From Azolla caroliniana (taxonomy: Eukaryota; Plantae; Polypodiophyta): a DNA stretch of 64,000 nt. The stretch is taken from the NCBI GenBank assembly GCA_043228905.1, contig JBHGNT010000002.1, positions 20,150,001 to 20,214,000 on the forward strand, in the 5' to 3' direction. Within the stretch, counting starts at the first letter, position 1. Every line of letters begins with the position of its first letter. Positions 12,111 through 25,163 of this stretch are shown piece after piece. The position numbers were made by a program, and so were the translations under genes. The notes beneath the pieces were generated by a model that saw only the letters and a program-made list of their open reading frames with translations, did no database searches and was not told the origin of the DNA.

Positions 12111-13444
12111 AAGAGACATATTCGTAAATATGTTTCTGAGAGCCCATTGAGGCTATATTTGTAAATAGCCGAAAAGTCATATTAGTATAAATATGACTTA
12201 GGGCAAACTTTTTTAGATAGAGTTGTTGTTGTTATTCTTGTTGGTGCAAGAAAAAGAGAGAGCGCGTAATTGTGTACAGAGAGAGAGAGAGAGAGAAAGA
12301 GGTCGTTGCCTCTACTGTAACCGCCGCCTGGGGCGAAGATCGTGAGCACGAGGTCGTTGCCTCCGTGAACTCACTATTGTACATTCTAGCATAGTGATAG
12401 TTTGCAGCCTGTGGGCTGCCGTGGTTTTTCCCTAGTTTGGGGTTTTCCACGTTAAACATCCTGCGTACTCTTCTCTTCCATTGTGTTGTTTTTTATTTCC
12501 CGTTTTTCTGTGGATGATTCTAAGCTCGGTTGTGGCCGAGCGTTGTGCAAAAGGAGCCTTGAGTTTCCGACAATGTGACCTAGGGCAAACAATATATACA
12601 TATGATAGTTGTTGTTATTATCTTTGTATAGGGTAATTGGTGTAACGACTGTACTGAGAGAGAGAGTGTGAGAGAGAGTGATACAGAGCATGTCTCTATT
12701 GTAACCGCCGCCAGGCGAAGATCGTGAGCAAGAGGTCGTTGCCTCTGTGCTCCCTGTTGTACGCCTTGACATAGTGATAGTTTGGAGTCTGTGGACTCCC
12801 GTGGTTTTTCCCTCTCAGGGTTTTCCACGTTAACATCCTATGTATTCTCTTTTTGTTTGTGTACTTACCTCCATCCCCATTTCTTCTGTGTTTGATTGTC
12901 ATCAAGTGATCTACGCTTCGGTTGTGGCCGGAGATTATTCCGCATATTTCCCGTCATGGTTGTCACAGGAGAAATACGTGACAAAGGTGCTCTAGAGGTT
13001 CAACATGGAGAATTCGAAACTGGTTGGTTCGACACTGTCGACAAACTACAAGTTGAGTAAAAGTCAATGTGTTGTTCGGTGTTACATCCTATGCTCCTAA
13101 AACCACTAGATTCACTTATTGTGAAAAGACAATCGAAATTTGTTCCATATATGCATCAAATAAATAATGTGACAATAAAAGATATTTACACGTTCGTGCT
13201 CACAAGTGGAAGGATCGCGCACAAATGGAAGGATAAGGAATATTCTGTCTGATTTTGGGGCTTTTTTTGGCCATTTCATAAAACACTTTGATACCAATAT
13301 CACATGTTCTCAAAAACTTGATGAAAAAGCTAAAATTTTCATCATTTGGTAAAATTGAAAAATGCCGAATTTTGGCCAAATACGAAAAGTAACTTTGTGT
13401 ATTTTTCAGGAGAAATTACAACTAGTAGTATTTTAGATCCTAAT

Positions 13445-13805
13445 GAAATAATAAGCGAAAGATTTCAAAACAATTAACTTTTTTATTTCATTTGATAAAA
13501 TGTTGTCTAAATTTCTTACATATTGTTGCACAAAAAATACATTTAGGAGTTATTTGCATCACTATAATCATTCCTTTCATGAGAATCACTACTGTAGGTA
13601 ATATACAATTGTGACTCTTCCTCCACGAAATAATAAGCGAAAGATTTCAAAACAATTAACTTTTTTATTTCATTTGATAAAATGTTGTCTAAATTTCTTA
13701 CATATTGTTGCGCAAAAAATACATTTAGGAGTTATTTGCATCACTATCATCATTCCTTTCATGAGAATCACTATTGTAGGTAATATACAATTGTGACTCT
13801 TCCTC
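13445..13805. repeat. ~182-bp direct tandem duplication
   Basis: gaaataataagcgaaagatttcaaaacaattaac...caattgtgactcttcctc occurs at 13445 and 13627. Confidence 0.9.
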
Positions 13806-14279
13806 ATTTTTAAATGTACCAATCAAATCATTGTCTTCACCAAATGGTGTCTCCAAATTATGTGCACTAAATCTTGTTCGCCTTCAATTTGAGATATCTT
13901 CTAGTCTTGGTAATATCTCTTGTATTATGTCTATCTTTGTCATCCTTAAGCATCCAACTTTTGTTAGTGTAAAGTCAGACACAACGATATCCACCACACT
14001 AATGTCAATGATAGATTTATTACAAAAGTTTAATGCATCACCACGTCCAAAACTTTACCAATGTAGAATTGGTGCCCTAGGTCATGGCTATCTACATGTG
14101 TAGCTATTAATATCACCACCTTGAGTTCTTGCAAGTTTCCTTGTCACTTGAGTTATGCTCGTGTCGTCATCCTTAGTTCCACGTAAATGTTTCTCTAATG
14201 TAGATGAACCAAACTATGAAGATCAACGTTATGTGCTTGAAGTGGTGATTAAGAACCATGAGAATATTTTATAGACCAC

Positions 14280-15956
14280 GTAAATGGCATTTGCAAGGTT
14301 CAATTACCATCAATACAATTATTAATGGTTTTTTGTTAATCAATGAAGTATATGTTCACCATAAGGTGTCTTGTTGTGCAACATACTTCTTTGTAGTATC
14401 AATATGCATCTTTTTCTCTTGTAAAAACAGAGATTTTAGTACAATTCGAGTTCATGTAAACCTAAACCTCTTTTATTTGAAAAAAAGAAGATTTCTAAAC
14501 ATGAACTCCATACATTGTATCGAGTTGATGTAAAAAACAGAGTTTTGATCATAATTACGTACAATGTATCAAATTCCTGTTCAAAGTTTTTTTCTCGGAT
14601 ATAATAAAATAAATAGAGCTTGAATTGATGAAAAAACCATTTTTTTCACCACAATTTAATACAATGTATCGAGTTCATGTTTAAAGTAATTTCTAAAAAC
14701 AAATTAAAATTTTTACAATTTTTTGATATTTATTTATTTATTTTAATTTCTTTTTTGGAAAAAAAAACTTTAAACATGAATTCGATACATTGTATTGACT
14801 TGTGATGAAAACTCTAGTTTTTTCATTACTTCAAACTTTTAAAAAAAAACAAAAAGACCCAAAATAAATAGAAAATAATCAAATTTTAAAAAAAAACTTT
14901 AAACATGAACTCGATACATTGTATCGAGTTCGTATTGAAAAACTTAGTTTTTCGACATGAACTCGATACAATTTTGATATTTATTTATTTATTTTAATTT
15001 CTTTTTTGGAAAAAAAAACTTTAAACATAAATTCGATACATTGTATTGAATTGTGATGAAAAATCTAGTTTTTTCATCACTTCAAACTTTAAAAAAAAAA
15101 CAAAAAAACCCAAATTAAATAGAAAAAAATCAAATTAAAAAAAAACTTTAAACATGAACTCGATACATTGTATCGAGTTCATGTTGAAAAACTCAGCTTT
15201 TCGACATGAACTTGATACATTTAAAACATGTATCGAGTTTGTATTTAAAACATTTAAACACGAACTCGATACATTGTATCGAATTTGTGTTGAAAAGTCC
15301 ACTTTTCAACACGAACTCGATACAATGTATCGAGTTCATGTTTAAAGTTTTTTTTTGGGGTTAAAAAAAAACAATTTTGGTTTTTTTTCTATTTATTTTG
15401 GGTCTTTTTATTTAAAAAAAAAAAAGTTTAAGTGATGAAAAAACCAGATTTTTCATCACAAGTTGATACAATGCATCGAATTCATCTTTTAAGTTTTTTT
15501 TTTCCAAAAAACAAATTTTTAAAAAAATAAATTTGAAAAAATTACTTTAAACATGAACTAGATACATTGTACTGAAGTGTGGTGAAAACTCTAGTTTTAT
15601 TCAATTTTGTTTTTATTTTTTTTATTTTTTTTATTCGGGAAAAAAGACTTCGAACATGAATTTGATATGTTGTATGGAATTGATATGAAAACTCTATCTT
15701 TTACATAAACTCGATATAATGTATGGAGTTCATGTTTAGACATCTTCTTTATTTTCAAATAAAAGAGGTTTACGATTTACATGAACTCGAATTGTACTAA
15801 AATCTTTGTTTTGACAAGAGTAAAAGTTGAATATCGATGTTGTAAAGAAGTATATTGCACAACAAGATATCTTATGGTGAACATGTGCTTCCTTGATTAA
15901 CAAAAAACCATTAATAATTGTGTTGATGGTAATTGAACCTTGCAAATGCCATTTAC
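14280..15956. repeat. ~1.7-kb imperfect inverted repeat containing many GAACTCGATAC-N3-GTATCGAGTTC-type palindromes
   Basis: gtaaatggcatttgcaaggttcaattacc... at 14280 versus ...ggtaattgaaccttgcaaatgccatttac at 15956. ORFs 14258(+) and 15945(-) translate alike. Centre ~15240; ~250-bp duplication in the left arm. Confidence 0.9.
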
Positions 15957-16629
15957 TTCACAAATTTTGTAGGGGAGCTCTCAAAAATGAAGAAGAGGAG
16001 AGCATTGTGGATACCTTCATAACAATGTGATATGTTCAAATTGATATATTAATGTTAATGTGATATGTTCAAATTGATATATTAATGTTTACATCTAAAT
16101 TTGGCAGTTTTGACAGTTTATGAATATCATCTACATTTTAGGAATTATGGATTTATTAAAATTGTTTATGAATATTGTATACATTTATTGAGTTGTGAAT
16201 TTATGGATGTTAATGAGCACTAAATTTATAGATGATGGCATTAAGGATTACAATGTTACCTCTTATACTTAAAACATTTTCAAGTCTAACAATAGATGTA
16301 ACTTCCACTTCTGGAACCTACATCTTCTCAAGATGGTGAAACCATTAATCTTAACTTGTGCCTTAAGTTAACCATTGTGATTTTCTTTAAGTTAACTACA
16401 TTTCATATTTGCAAACCATCAACGTTTTAACATTTATTGAAAACTATTCAATTTTAGAAATTATCATTTTGAAACTTGTTAAATCTAAAAAAATTAGCAA
16501 ATTTTATATGCTATTTAAAACATGTGATACTAGTGTATCAAGTTTCTGAAAAATCGCCTAAAATCACAATATTATAAAAGGAATCTATAAGTGGAATGCG
16601 CGATCCTTCCACTTGTGAACGCGAACGTG

Positions 16630-17250
16630 ATGATACTCCTTTCAAAGATATGTAAATATCTATTGTATGTGTTTTGAACTCAAAACATATGGGAAAATAA
16701 TTAGATGACACTACACTCTACTCCACTAACATTTGAAAACACTTGGGAAAAATGGCTCATCACGCGTGCATCACATACATTCTATCCAACCTAGTCCAAG
16801 TTTAGTTACATTCCATAAGTTGAAAGGTAGATTGTGAAGTAGATTTCGATGCATCAACATAGTTGTTAAAGTCCTCCATCAACAAACCTTGACAATCCCC
16901 TTGAAAGAATATTACACCAGGATGACCATACCTCAATGCATCGACTATAGTGTTTATGTGCATAAATTCCAACTAGCCATACCACCACATCAAAATGAGT
17001 GTTATCCATATGTATCATTATACACTATAATCAAACAAACGTTATCTCAAATAATCGTTACGGCACCGAATAGTGATGAGATAGCTGACCAAAACAATAT
17101 GTTGAATATCCCCTCAAATGTATTATCATGGCACTTATGTTGAATTGCACACATTGTATCCCATTCCTTACTAAATACAATTTGTTGTAAAATGTATTCC
17201 TTATGAGGAGAACAAGCCCCTCTCACATTCCAAAACACCTCCTTCATAAA
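16630..17250 (-). pseudogene. L1-type LINE endonuclease remnant
   Basis: MKEVFWNVRG...CAIQ.HK resembles the APE N-terminal WNVRG/QE motifs; highly degenerate. Confidence 0.5.
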
Positions 17251-17727
17251 ATCAACCTAGTTTTAATCCTTGCTCCTTATGAACAATTATAACCACGTCT
17301 TAGACAAGTATATATTATTGTCTCTATCGAATATTCTTATCCTTTCAAAGTGTCTCATAGTAGTATGGACCACCCCAATGATCATAATAGTTGTTGTCAT
17401 ACTAAATGAACAAATTCTTGTAATTGTATGGGTGGTCTAACCCAACTATCCATTCATCACTTGTATGTTGTTCGACAACCTTTCATCCTCTACATTAGCA
17501 CCTCCAAATTGGCTCATTTATCATCCTCACAATTGAATCCTTTTCTTCACCACATTCAACCACTAAGAAACCTATGATAGAGTTAAGCAAAATCCATTTT
17601 TTAGATATTCCCACATTATTTCTTCCTCTTGTCACAAATTAGTTGCACGCTTGCTTCACCTTATTTCATTTTCCATGATGTGATTCATGTCAAAAAGTAG
17701 TTGTTCGCATCAATTATCCCCAACACT

Positions 17728-18180
17728 TACCTCGCAATGGTTCGGTTCGGTTTGAGAGTGTCAAAACCGAACTGTTTAAAAAAATTCAAACTTGAACCGA
17801 ATCAAACCGAACCGTTTAAAAAAAACCAAACCATTAAAACCGCAGTTTCGTGGTTCGGTTTTGGTTTTCAACTTAGGTAAAAAATTTAAAATTTAAAATC
17901 TTTCATTATTTTAAAATTTATTTTTTCAAAATTCTAAAGATTTTCCTAAAATGTGAGAACAAGGCTTAAAAATGAAAAGATTGTTTAAAAAAAAAGATAT
18001 AAAAATTTTAAAAAAAGATTTGAAATTTAAAAAAAAAACATTAAACCATTTAAACCGCGGTTTCTATCCTTTGAAACCGAACCATTAAAAAAAACTTGAA
18101 CTTGAACTTGAACCAAACCAAACCACACTATTTTAACCATTAAGCCGCGGTTTTGCGGTTCGACGAACCGTTGTCGACTA
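17728..18180. mobile_element. MITE-like element with AACCG/CGGTT subterminal motifs
   Basis: Imperfect terminal inverted repeats (gcaatggttcg...gaaccgttgtc), many aaaccgaac motifs and an AT-rich core; related to 29647-30184. No TSD found. Confidence 0.55.
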
Positions 18181-18914
18181 ATACTCGCATTGACTTTGTT
18201 GTAAGATGAGATACTGAAGCGCAAATAAGGAGACTTGTCAGTTATGCATGTTTTTCCCTGAACACATTTGTGAGTCAAAGAATCGCCCTATGATGAAATG
18301 CGGTGTCTTCGAGCACATCTGATTCACAATCTACCTATCTTCGGTCCAATCTGTGGGCACATTTCTCTCGCAGCTGCAACGGGCACTCTCGATTCCAATA
18401 TTCATTGGTAAAAAACTGCTAGGGCTTCGAGCGTGACACCACTCAAATCGATACGCACTACATGAAATGTGTGTCGAATTCTATCCGAAAGGTCGGATAA
18501 GGCCATCAAGGGTGAGAATAGAATGTATCTGACTATGTCCATCTCTCTGATCGGCATCGACAGGGGGGGGGGGGGGGGGGGTGGGCTCCTTGGAGGTCCT
18601 CATCAAGAAATCTCCACCGTCCACATGCACTTTCGATCGATCGGTTGGATCGCCCTTTCCCATCTTGAATGATGTTCATTTCTTAGAGAGGAGACAGGGG
18701 GGGGTAGTTTTGAGAATTTGGGCGAAAATGAGAGGGGTAGTTTGGGAATTATTGGAAAATAATCTGAAGGGAAGGAAGGGTAAATTCATCATCAATCTTC
18801 TTACCCTATTATTTTGTTCTCTCTTCTGCCTACACGAAGCAATTCACAGCAGAAAGCAGAAAGCAGAAGCAGAAAGAAGAAGCCATCGCCATCGCCACAG
18901 CTACCTCTACAGCC

Positions 18915-21900
18915 ATGGATGGCCCCAAGCGAGCAAATCCAGGATTCCTCGACACTGCCTTCAAGGTCATCACCCGAAGAAACTCTGTCTACATCTCCTT
19001 TATCCTCGTCGGCGCCCTCGTCGGCGAACGGGTAAGCGTTTTCAGATCATTTAGGGCCTTGGAATTTATCTTTTAGGGTCCCGGATTTTCTTTCGTGGCT
19101 GATCTGTTATCAGGGATATCTCTTTTCTTTTTTAATTTGAGAGTAAGTAAGGTTTATGGCTTCTTGGTCTTCAAAACAATTAGGGTTTCTGATTTACATG
19201 TGTTTGAAGATACTTAGTGTTTGTGGCTTGTGTTTTCTTTAAAATATGTAAGGTTCCCGAATCTTCATCTTTTTTTTACCCCCCTTTTGTCCCTTCTGAT
19301 CCAATGAATTTCTGCGTTTTTTTCTCTTTTCATTAACTTTGCTTCAGATGGATCTTTACATTTTCGTTATTGTACAGTTATTTTGGGATTTTTATTTTAC
19401 ATTATCTTGGCCGACTTTCTTTCTTCTGGCGTTAAATAATAAGAGGTTCTTCTCGTTATGGAGTGTTTTTGGGATATTTTAGGCTGAGTTTATCCTTTTG
19501 TATTGCATGGAATTGTCGGAGATAAAGGAGAAAGCCATGCAAATACAAAGGAATTTACTAGAAAACTTTTATTTTCCAGGCATGATATTAAATGGAGATT
19601 GCAACAGAATTTAGTGGAATTGTTTTACATAAGACTGTAGGAAATTATGAGGAAGTATCAAAAATTTATCAGAATTGTGTAATTAGCTTGAATATATTTT
19701 CATCGGAGTAGTTCTTTAAAATATTTGTGACCAGAAATTTAAACAATTCAACCAGTGTTTGAGAAATGAAACCAGAGTTTTAAATATGCATCAGAAGAAA
19801 AAGAAACCTTTTTTTTCTGTGTAATGCCTATATATATATGTTAATATGGAAACAGAATATTATGAGAGGGTCATGGAAGTATACATTCAAGATGACATTG
19901 TATGCTATAACAACTGGTGAGTTACTGATGAATAGTAAGAGAAGTCTTAGGGAGAAGAACGATGTCTTCTTCCAAGTAACAGAAATGTCACATGATGGAA
20001 TTTTTCAACATGAAGGAATCCATTAAGGGAGATCCTAGAGAAGTTTTTAGGAGAATGATCTTTCCATGGGGAGTTACGTTTTTTAAACTCCGAGTGGGTT
20101 TTGATGTGCAAGGCAATTAAGTATCAACAAGAGAGTCGATCAATGGTTAATATCTCACTCATAGTGCTCGCAATGAGTAGAAATGTATAGTACATGCATG
20201 CTTCCATGTGGTGAGAATATCATGCAAGATTGTTGCATCACATTGAAATGTTGAATAACGCAAGACTAATTGATACCCAGAAATGATGTATAAAGTAAAA
20301 GATATTGGCTATTGAGGGGCCAAAGAATGTGGCCTAGGGGTGTTCCCATGTGTTGTATGACTGGAAATGGCAGTATCAAGACGTATCCATGAATAAATAT
20401 AGTTCAAAATAGGCACTTTTCTTTTGAAGATTGTAATAATGACCTCATTATATTTTAAAATTGAACTTCTTACTATCTAACACAAAAAGAGAAGTAAAAA
20501 ACTACTACTTTTGTTTTCCCAACTCAGGGTTTTCTTGAATTTTAACTTTTTCCCTTATTTTTTTCTCAACAATCTGTTCTGTTTTTTAATTCTTTTTCTT
20601 CGCCTTTGTAATTCTTTTCCCTTATCTTTCTTCTTCCTTGTCCTAATGCATCTTAAATGCTTAAATTTGGTGATTGATTTTTTTCACCATATATTTGGTA
20701 CATATGATGTACGCTTTAAAATACTTAGTAAACTGTATTGTGGCATACACGTATGACATAGAAAACCCTGATGTATGTCATAAAATACGCTAAATACACC
20801 ATACAATGACACATTGTACTTGTACAACTTAAAAAAACCCAATGTTGCCACTATTCTTCGTATGACCGCCATTTTAACATATTGAGTTGTGAAGCATGGG
20901 TTATAACATTTGGATCATAAGAGTAATATGGACTTTTTCTATTTATCTTTTTGTATTTGAATAGTTGCTTGCAGACATACAACATATTATGCATTGAATA
21001 CCGTGCTTTGTACAGTGGGGATGTACAAGGACCTCAGTCTTAGATTTATGATTGCAAAGAAGTCCTTATGAATTGCATTATAGATTAGTTCTGTTATCAT
21101 CATGCTCTTTAATATTTGTGCTCTCCAAGAAACTTACAAGGTTCTCTTTTTTATGCAGAAATGTTTTTTAGTGTCATTGCTAAATATGGCATTGTCATGT
21201 TTCTTTTTTAATTTTAGGAGTACTTGCATCAAATTCCCCAATTTATGTATTTAGGACGAGCTTAACTTAGAAAACCTAATTTCTGAATTTTGGAACTCAG
21301 AAACCCTAACTTTTGTGAATAAAAAATAGCAAATCAGAAAACCCAATTCCTATAAAAGAAAAGCAGATCAGAAACCATAATTTCTGTGGAGTAAAACTTG
21401 GTGGATGTTGAATCTCTCTTCATGACACCCAAATTTCAAAAGTAGGATAGATTCTCTTCTTTTGTATCACAACATGAAGTTTTTTCCACCTTTCACATGC
21501 CTCCTGATCATTGATATGATGGACACCTTTGATATGAATGTCCATACTAAAATTTATCTCTAGGGTTCACATCGGCCAACTCCAAAGTTTTATGATGCCA
21601 TCCCATGATTACATGTACCATCACTCCTCAGAGTTGTACAAGTAAACATGCATGCTGGACTCATGCCCTAGATCCAGTGACTATGCGTACACTAGATGAA
21701 ATGTAAAGAGTGGATGGATGTACATTATTCACACACTAGGATAGCATACTAAAAGTCAAATATTTTAAATTCCCTTAATCCTAGGGTTAGTGTCTCTTGA
21801 AAGAAATAATACACATGCTTGATGCTTAGATATTTCACCAAATTCCCTTTGACACTGCTTCTCATGCAATTGTGTGCGCTTGTTATATAGCCAATTGTCC

Positions 21901-23274
21901 CTTTTCCTGTCTTTTGGGGTTGATCACGATGTTTGTGGAAATAATGAGAGCTTAGGAACAATAATGAAAAACCCTGTATCTCGGAGTTTTCTGCTACAAT
22001 ATTCCTACTCTATATATCTATTATTAATAATAGGGTGATTATGTTTTTAGTACCTAGTGTTCCTTATGTGTAAATAACGCTTGTTTCTTTTCATGTGTAG
22101 AGCATTTATATTTCTTTTCATGTGCTATATATAATGTCATGCATTTTGTGAGTATATGGAAGTGTTTTACACGACACTAAAAGCAATCACGTCTGTATTT
22201 ATTGCTGATCATCTTGCCAAAGGATTCTTTTTAAAGTCTGGCTTCCAATTGTTGGAGATTTGGATTTTAGATAGAGCAATAATGTAGTTGATTGAAGAAC
22301 AAACTATGATGTAGAAGTTCTAAGTATCGTAAGTGCCATTAGGTGTCTATTATGGAGAAAGTTCTAGATACCTGAATCCGTTGGGTTTGTGCCATGTAAG
22401 TTATAGCTTATGGAGAAAGTTCTAGATACCTGAATCCGTTGGGTTTGTGCCATGTAAGTTATAGCTGTGGTAACATAGATGGCCAGTAATACGAAGTAGA
22501 TATTGTAGATGAGAACTAGACCAGTGATAATTTCTTTTTATAGATCTTATGAATGTGTGTTTGTGAAGCATATGATAATCGCGGAATTAGCTTGTGTTTT
22601 GGATCACCTTGCTATGTAAGCATGTGAATGAAAATCTCTATTTGAAAGTTGTTAGTTGTTAGTTGTTGAGAAGTGATTTGATAATTGCTGTATATTATCT
22701 GACTCTCTGTAAATAATGTCTGCTGTGCATAGAATAGCACTTTGCATTATCCTGAAGTGTGTGGAAATATCTTATTGTTTGCAGGTTCTAGATGCTTCAA
22801 CAAATAAATTATGGCATTACAACAACAAAGGGGTATGTATGAATGCATTATTATTGTCTTTTCTTTTCTTTTCACTTCTCTATATTCTCCCAATTACACA
22901 GATTCATCATTGAACAACGGATAGGTTCCTTTCTATCTTAAGTTTGCAGGTGCAATATTTAATCCAAACTCATATCTGAAACAATGCCTTATTGAGTGAA
23001 AGGGATTGGTTTAGGGCTGAATCTAGTTATTTCCTTTCTTTGATTATGCATTGAAAATATAGTATCATTTTACTATGGCATGTGTGGTTGATTATTATGA
23101 TATTGGATATCTTTCCATTGTTTCATCATAGACTCTGTCGATCTGGAAACTTGCATAGTCATGGTTATTTGCTTGTTTAAAATTGATTGGATTGCAAATT
23201 TGACTCTACATTTTTTGCAGAAAATGTATGAAGAAATTTCTGTTTTAGGGCAACGAGTTGCAGCTGAAGAGTAG
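18915..23274 (+). CDS. QCR9: Cytochrome b-c1 complex subunit 9 (3 exons, 72 aa)
   Basis: Exons 18915-19031, 22785-22832, 23221-23274 with GT-AG introns give MDGPKRANPGFLDTAFKVITRRNSVYISFILVGALVGERVLDASTNKLWHYNNKGKMYEEISVLGQRVAAEE*, matching plant QCR9 motifs (RRNSVY, GER, LW..NN.GK.Y..I..LG). Not in the ORF track. Confidence 0.92.
22351..22466. repeat. 57-bp perfect tandem duplication in QCR9 intron 1
   Basis: Two copies of tatggagaaagttctagatacctgaatccgttgggtttgtgccatgtaagttatagct. Confidence 0.9.
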
Positions 23275-24815
23275 AATCTGTGTGATGATTTAACAAAAAT
23301 GGAGATGGAAGGATAGAGAACGGGTCAATTAAGAGACCTTGAATTGATTTTAAGCTTACCATTGGTGTGACAATAATTCCTTGTTTAATTCTATGTGCTT
23401 TTTTCTCTTGGTAACTGAACCCCAGCCTCCATTTTTGTAATTTTTGAATCCATTAAAATAAAGAAGATTGGCGAATTTTGTGGTTTTCTTTCCTTCTTTT
23501 TGTCAATGTATGCATTTATTATCATGACATGAATGCACTTGTTTGGTTAATGTGAGCTCATATTGAGCGAAAATGAAAAAACAAAAAACAAATATACTCT
23601 ATATTGATGTATGTTGTCGTAGAGGACCAATGAATCACACGTTATTGCCATAAGTTCATTTTGTTTCTTTGTGTGTAGAAATTAAGCAAATGGCGCATAC
23701 TGACTGAATCTGTGTTTTTTCATTGTAAAAGTGCAGGGATAGCTACTGTTGCTTAAATAAAAACACAAAACTATTGCTTCCATGTCTTAGAGACAGAAGG
23801 AAGCTAAACAAATTGGATAAAAAATCTCATGTTTATCTACATGAGGCGCGTGCAATATTTATTTTTATTTTCATTCTTTGGCATCCATAGATAAGTCAAT
23901 ATTGACCACCCATGGAACCTGTGATTACGGAAGTTCTTTCGATGTGCCTCTTTCTCAAGAAGAGCTGTTCATACCACGCTAAGTCGCTATGTGTGGATGA
24001 GATATATACATGTGAGCTCACAGGTGGTGCCTTACGTATCACCTCTTAATGTCATTATAGATTTTGTGAATTGCATTATACCTTGCGCATGTAAAAAGCA
24101 AGTTATATTCATCTTCTACTAGGCCTTCACCTTCTACCTTTGTATGCCTTTATATTTGATGGCATTTTGATGTCATAATGCAATTTTAGTACCTAGCACG
24201 TATCATGGGGTTTGATTGAGTGTGAGGGCTCTATGAGAGTGAATACTCATGTTTGTGATGAGATAAGGTAAAAATATGATCAATGGGCATTGTTGGCTTG
24301 CATTTTGAGGCATGACATCCGAGGGCATTTGGTTGTTCTTTGGTTTTCTACTTGAGTGAGGGAGAGGCCGAGTGGTGCAAGTGTGTCCACTCTCATTGTC
24401 TTCTCCCGTCCCTAAAAAATTTCATTGGTTACTTGTTGGTGAATATTAGAAAGGTTATGGTTAGCATTTTGTTGTTTATTCTCTCTATCTTGTTTTACCT
24501 CTAACATATATCTACCTAGTGTCTTTTATATCTTGGGTATCTAATAGTTTGGAGAGGGGTGGGAGAGGGTCCTAGTATGTCTTAGTATTTTGCCCTTATC
24601 TGGACGTAAAGTTGGGACACTTGCATGTAAAGTGATACTCATCCTCTATCTCTATGTGACATATGTACATATCCTTTCCGTCTCTGGGGACTCCATTAGC
24701 ACAACCTTTCCACTATGGGGAGAGAGTGAAGAGATAACGCAACTAACCTGAGGAGAGACCGTTTCTTTTATACGCAAATTTCTTCTTCTTCTTCTCTCAC
24801 CTCGTAAGTAAGGAC

Positions 24816-24817
<2 letters not shown>

Positions 24818-24872
<55 letters not shown>

Positions 24873-24908
24873 CACCTAATGCTATGATTATACCCTAACC
24901 CTAAGCTT

Positions 24909-24948
<40 letters not shown>

Positions 24949-25084
24949 AGTCTGCCCCTCACATTCCTTTGAAACCTTTTTATCGTTTTAATCAATTGAA
25001 AGGCTTCTCATCTTCATCCCTATATATAGCTCTAAATGAGAATGAAGAGACAAACTTCTCTGCCTTCTTCACTTCTAAACTCAC

Positions 25085-25158
<74 letters not shown>
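24818..25158. repeat. Cluster of (CA)n and (CT)n microsatellites upstream of the pantothenate synthetase gene
   Basis: Runs at ~24818-24869, ~24912-24947 and ~25085-25158. Confidence 0.95.

Positions 25159-25163
<5 letters not shown>

Larger units (their letters stand above)
6926..12956 (+). mobile_element. Near-complete chimeric Ty1/copia LTR retrotransposon with 5-bp TSD TGGTT
   Basis: TG...CA ends; TSD TGGTT at 6921-6925 and 12957-12961. 5' LTR 6926-7674; PBS-like TGGTATTAGAG at 7678; PPT GAGTGAAGGGGGAG before 11753. A different LTR occupies 11753-12572, and 12573-12956 repeats 7291-7674. Confidence 0.93.
5935..13070 (+). mobile_element. Older Ty1/copia RT remnant (5935-6925 and 12957-13070) split by a younger insertion
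   Basis: RT motifs AMQDEM and LYVDDML with stops. The frame KKLLWLSQEKYVTKVL is restored when 6926-12956 and one TGGTT copy are removed. Confidence 0.88.
13189..16629. mobile_element. Non-autonomous TIR DNA transposon, deletion derivative of the 55050 family
   Basis: Left TIR CACGTTCGTGCTCACAAGTGGAAGGATCGCGCA; right end reverse-complements to CACGTTCGCGTTCACAAGTGGAAGGATCGCGCA. 13800-14100 is homologous to the transposase 3' end at 55440-55790; 15989-16030 is homologous to the MTase gene 3' end. Confidence 0.9.

Noticed and set aside
18469-19054. ORFs 18581-19054 and 18814-19035 and the poly-G tract at ~18563-18581
   Set aside because: The real coding frame is QCR9 exon 1 from 18915; the G-run is a simple homopolymer with no supportable function.
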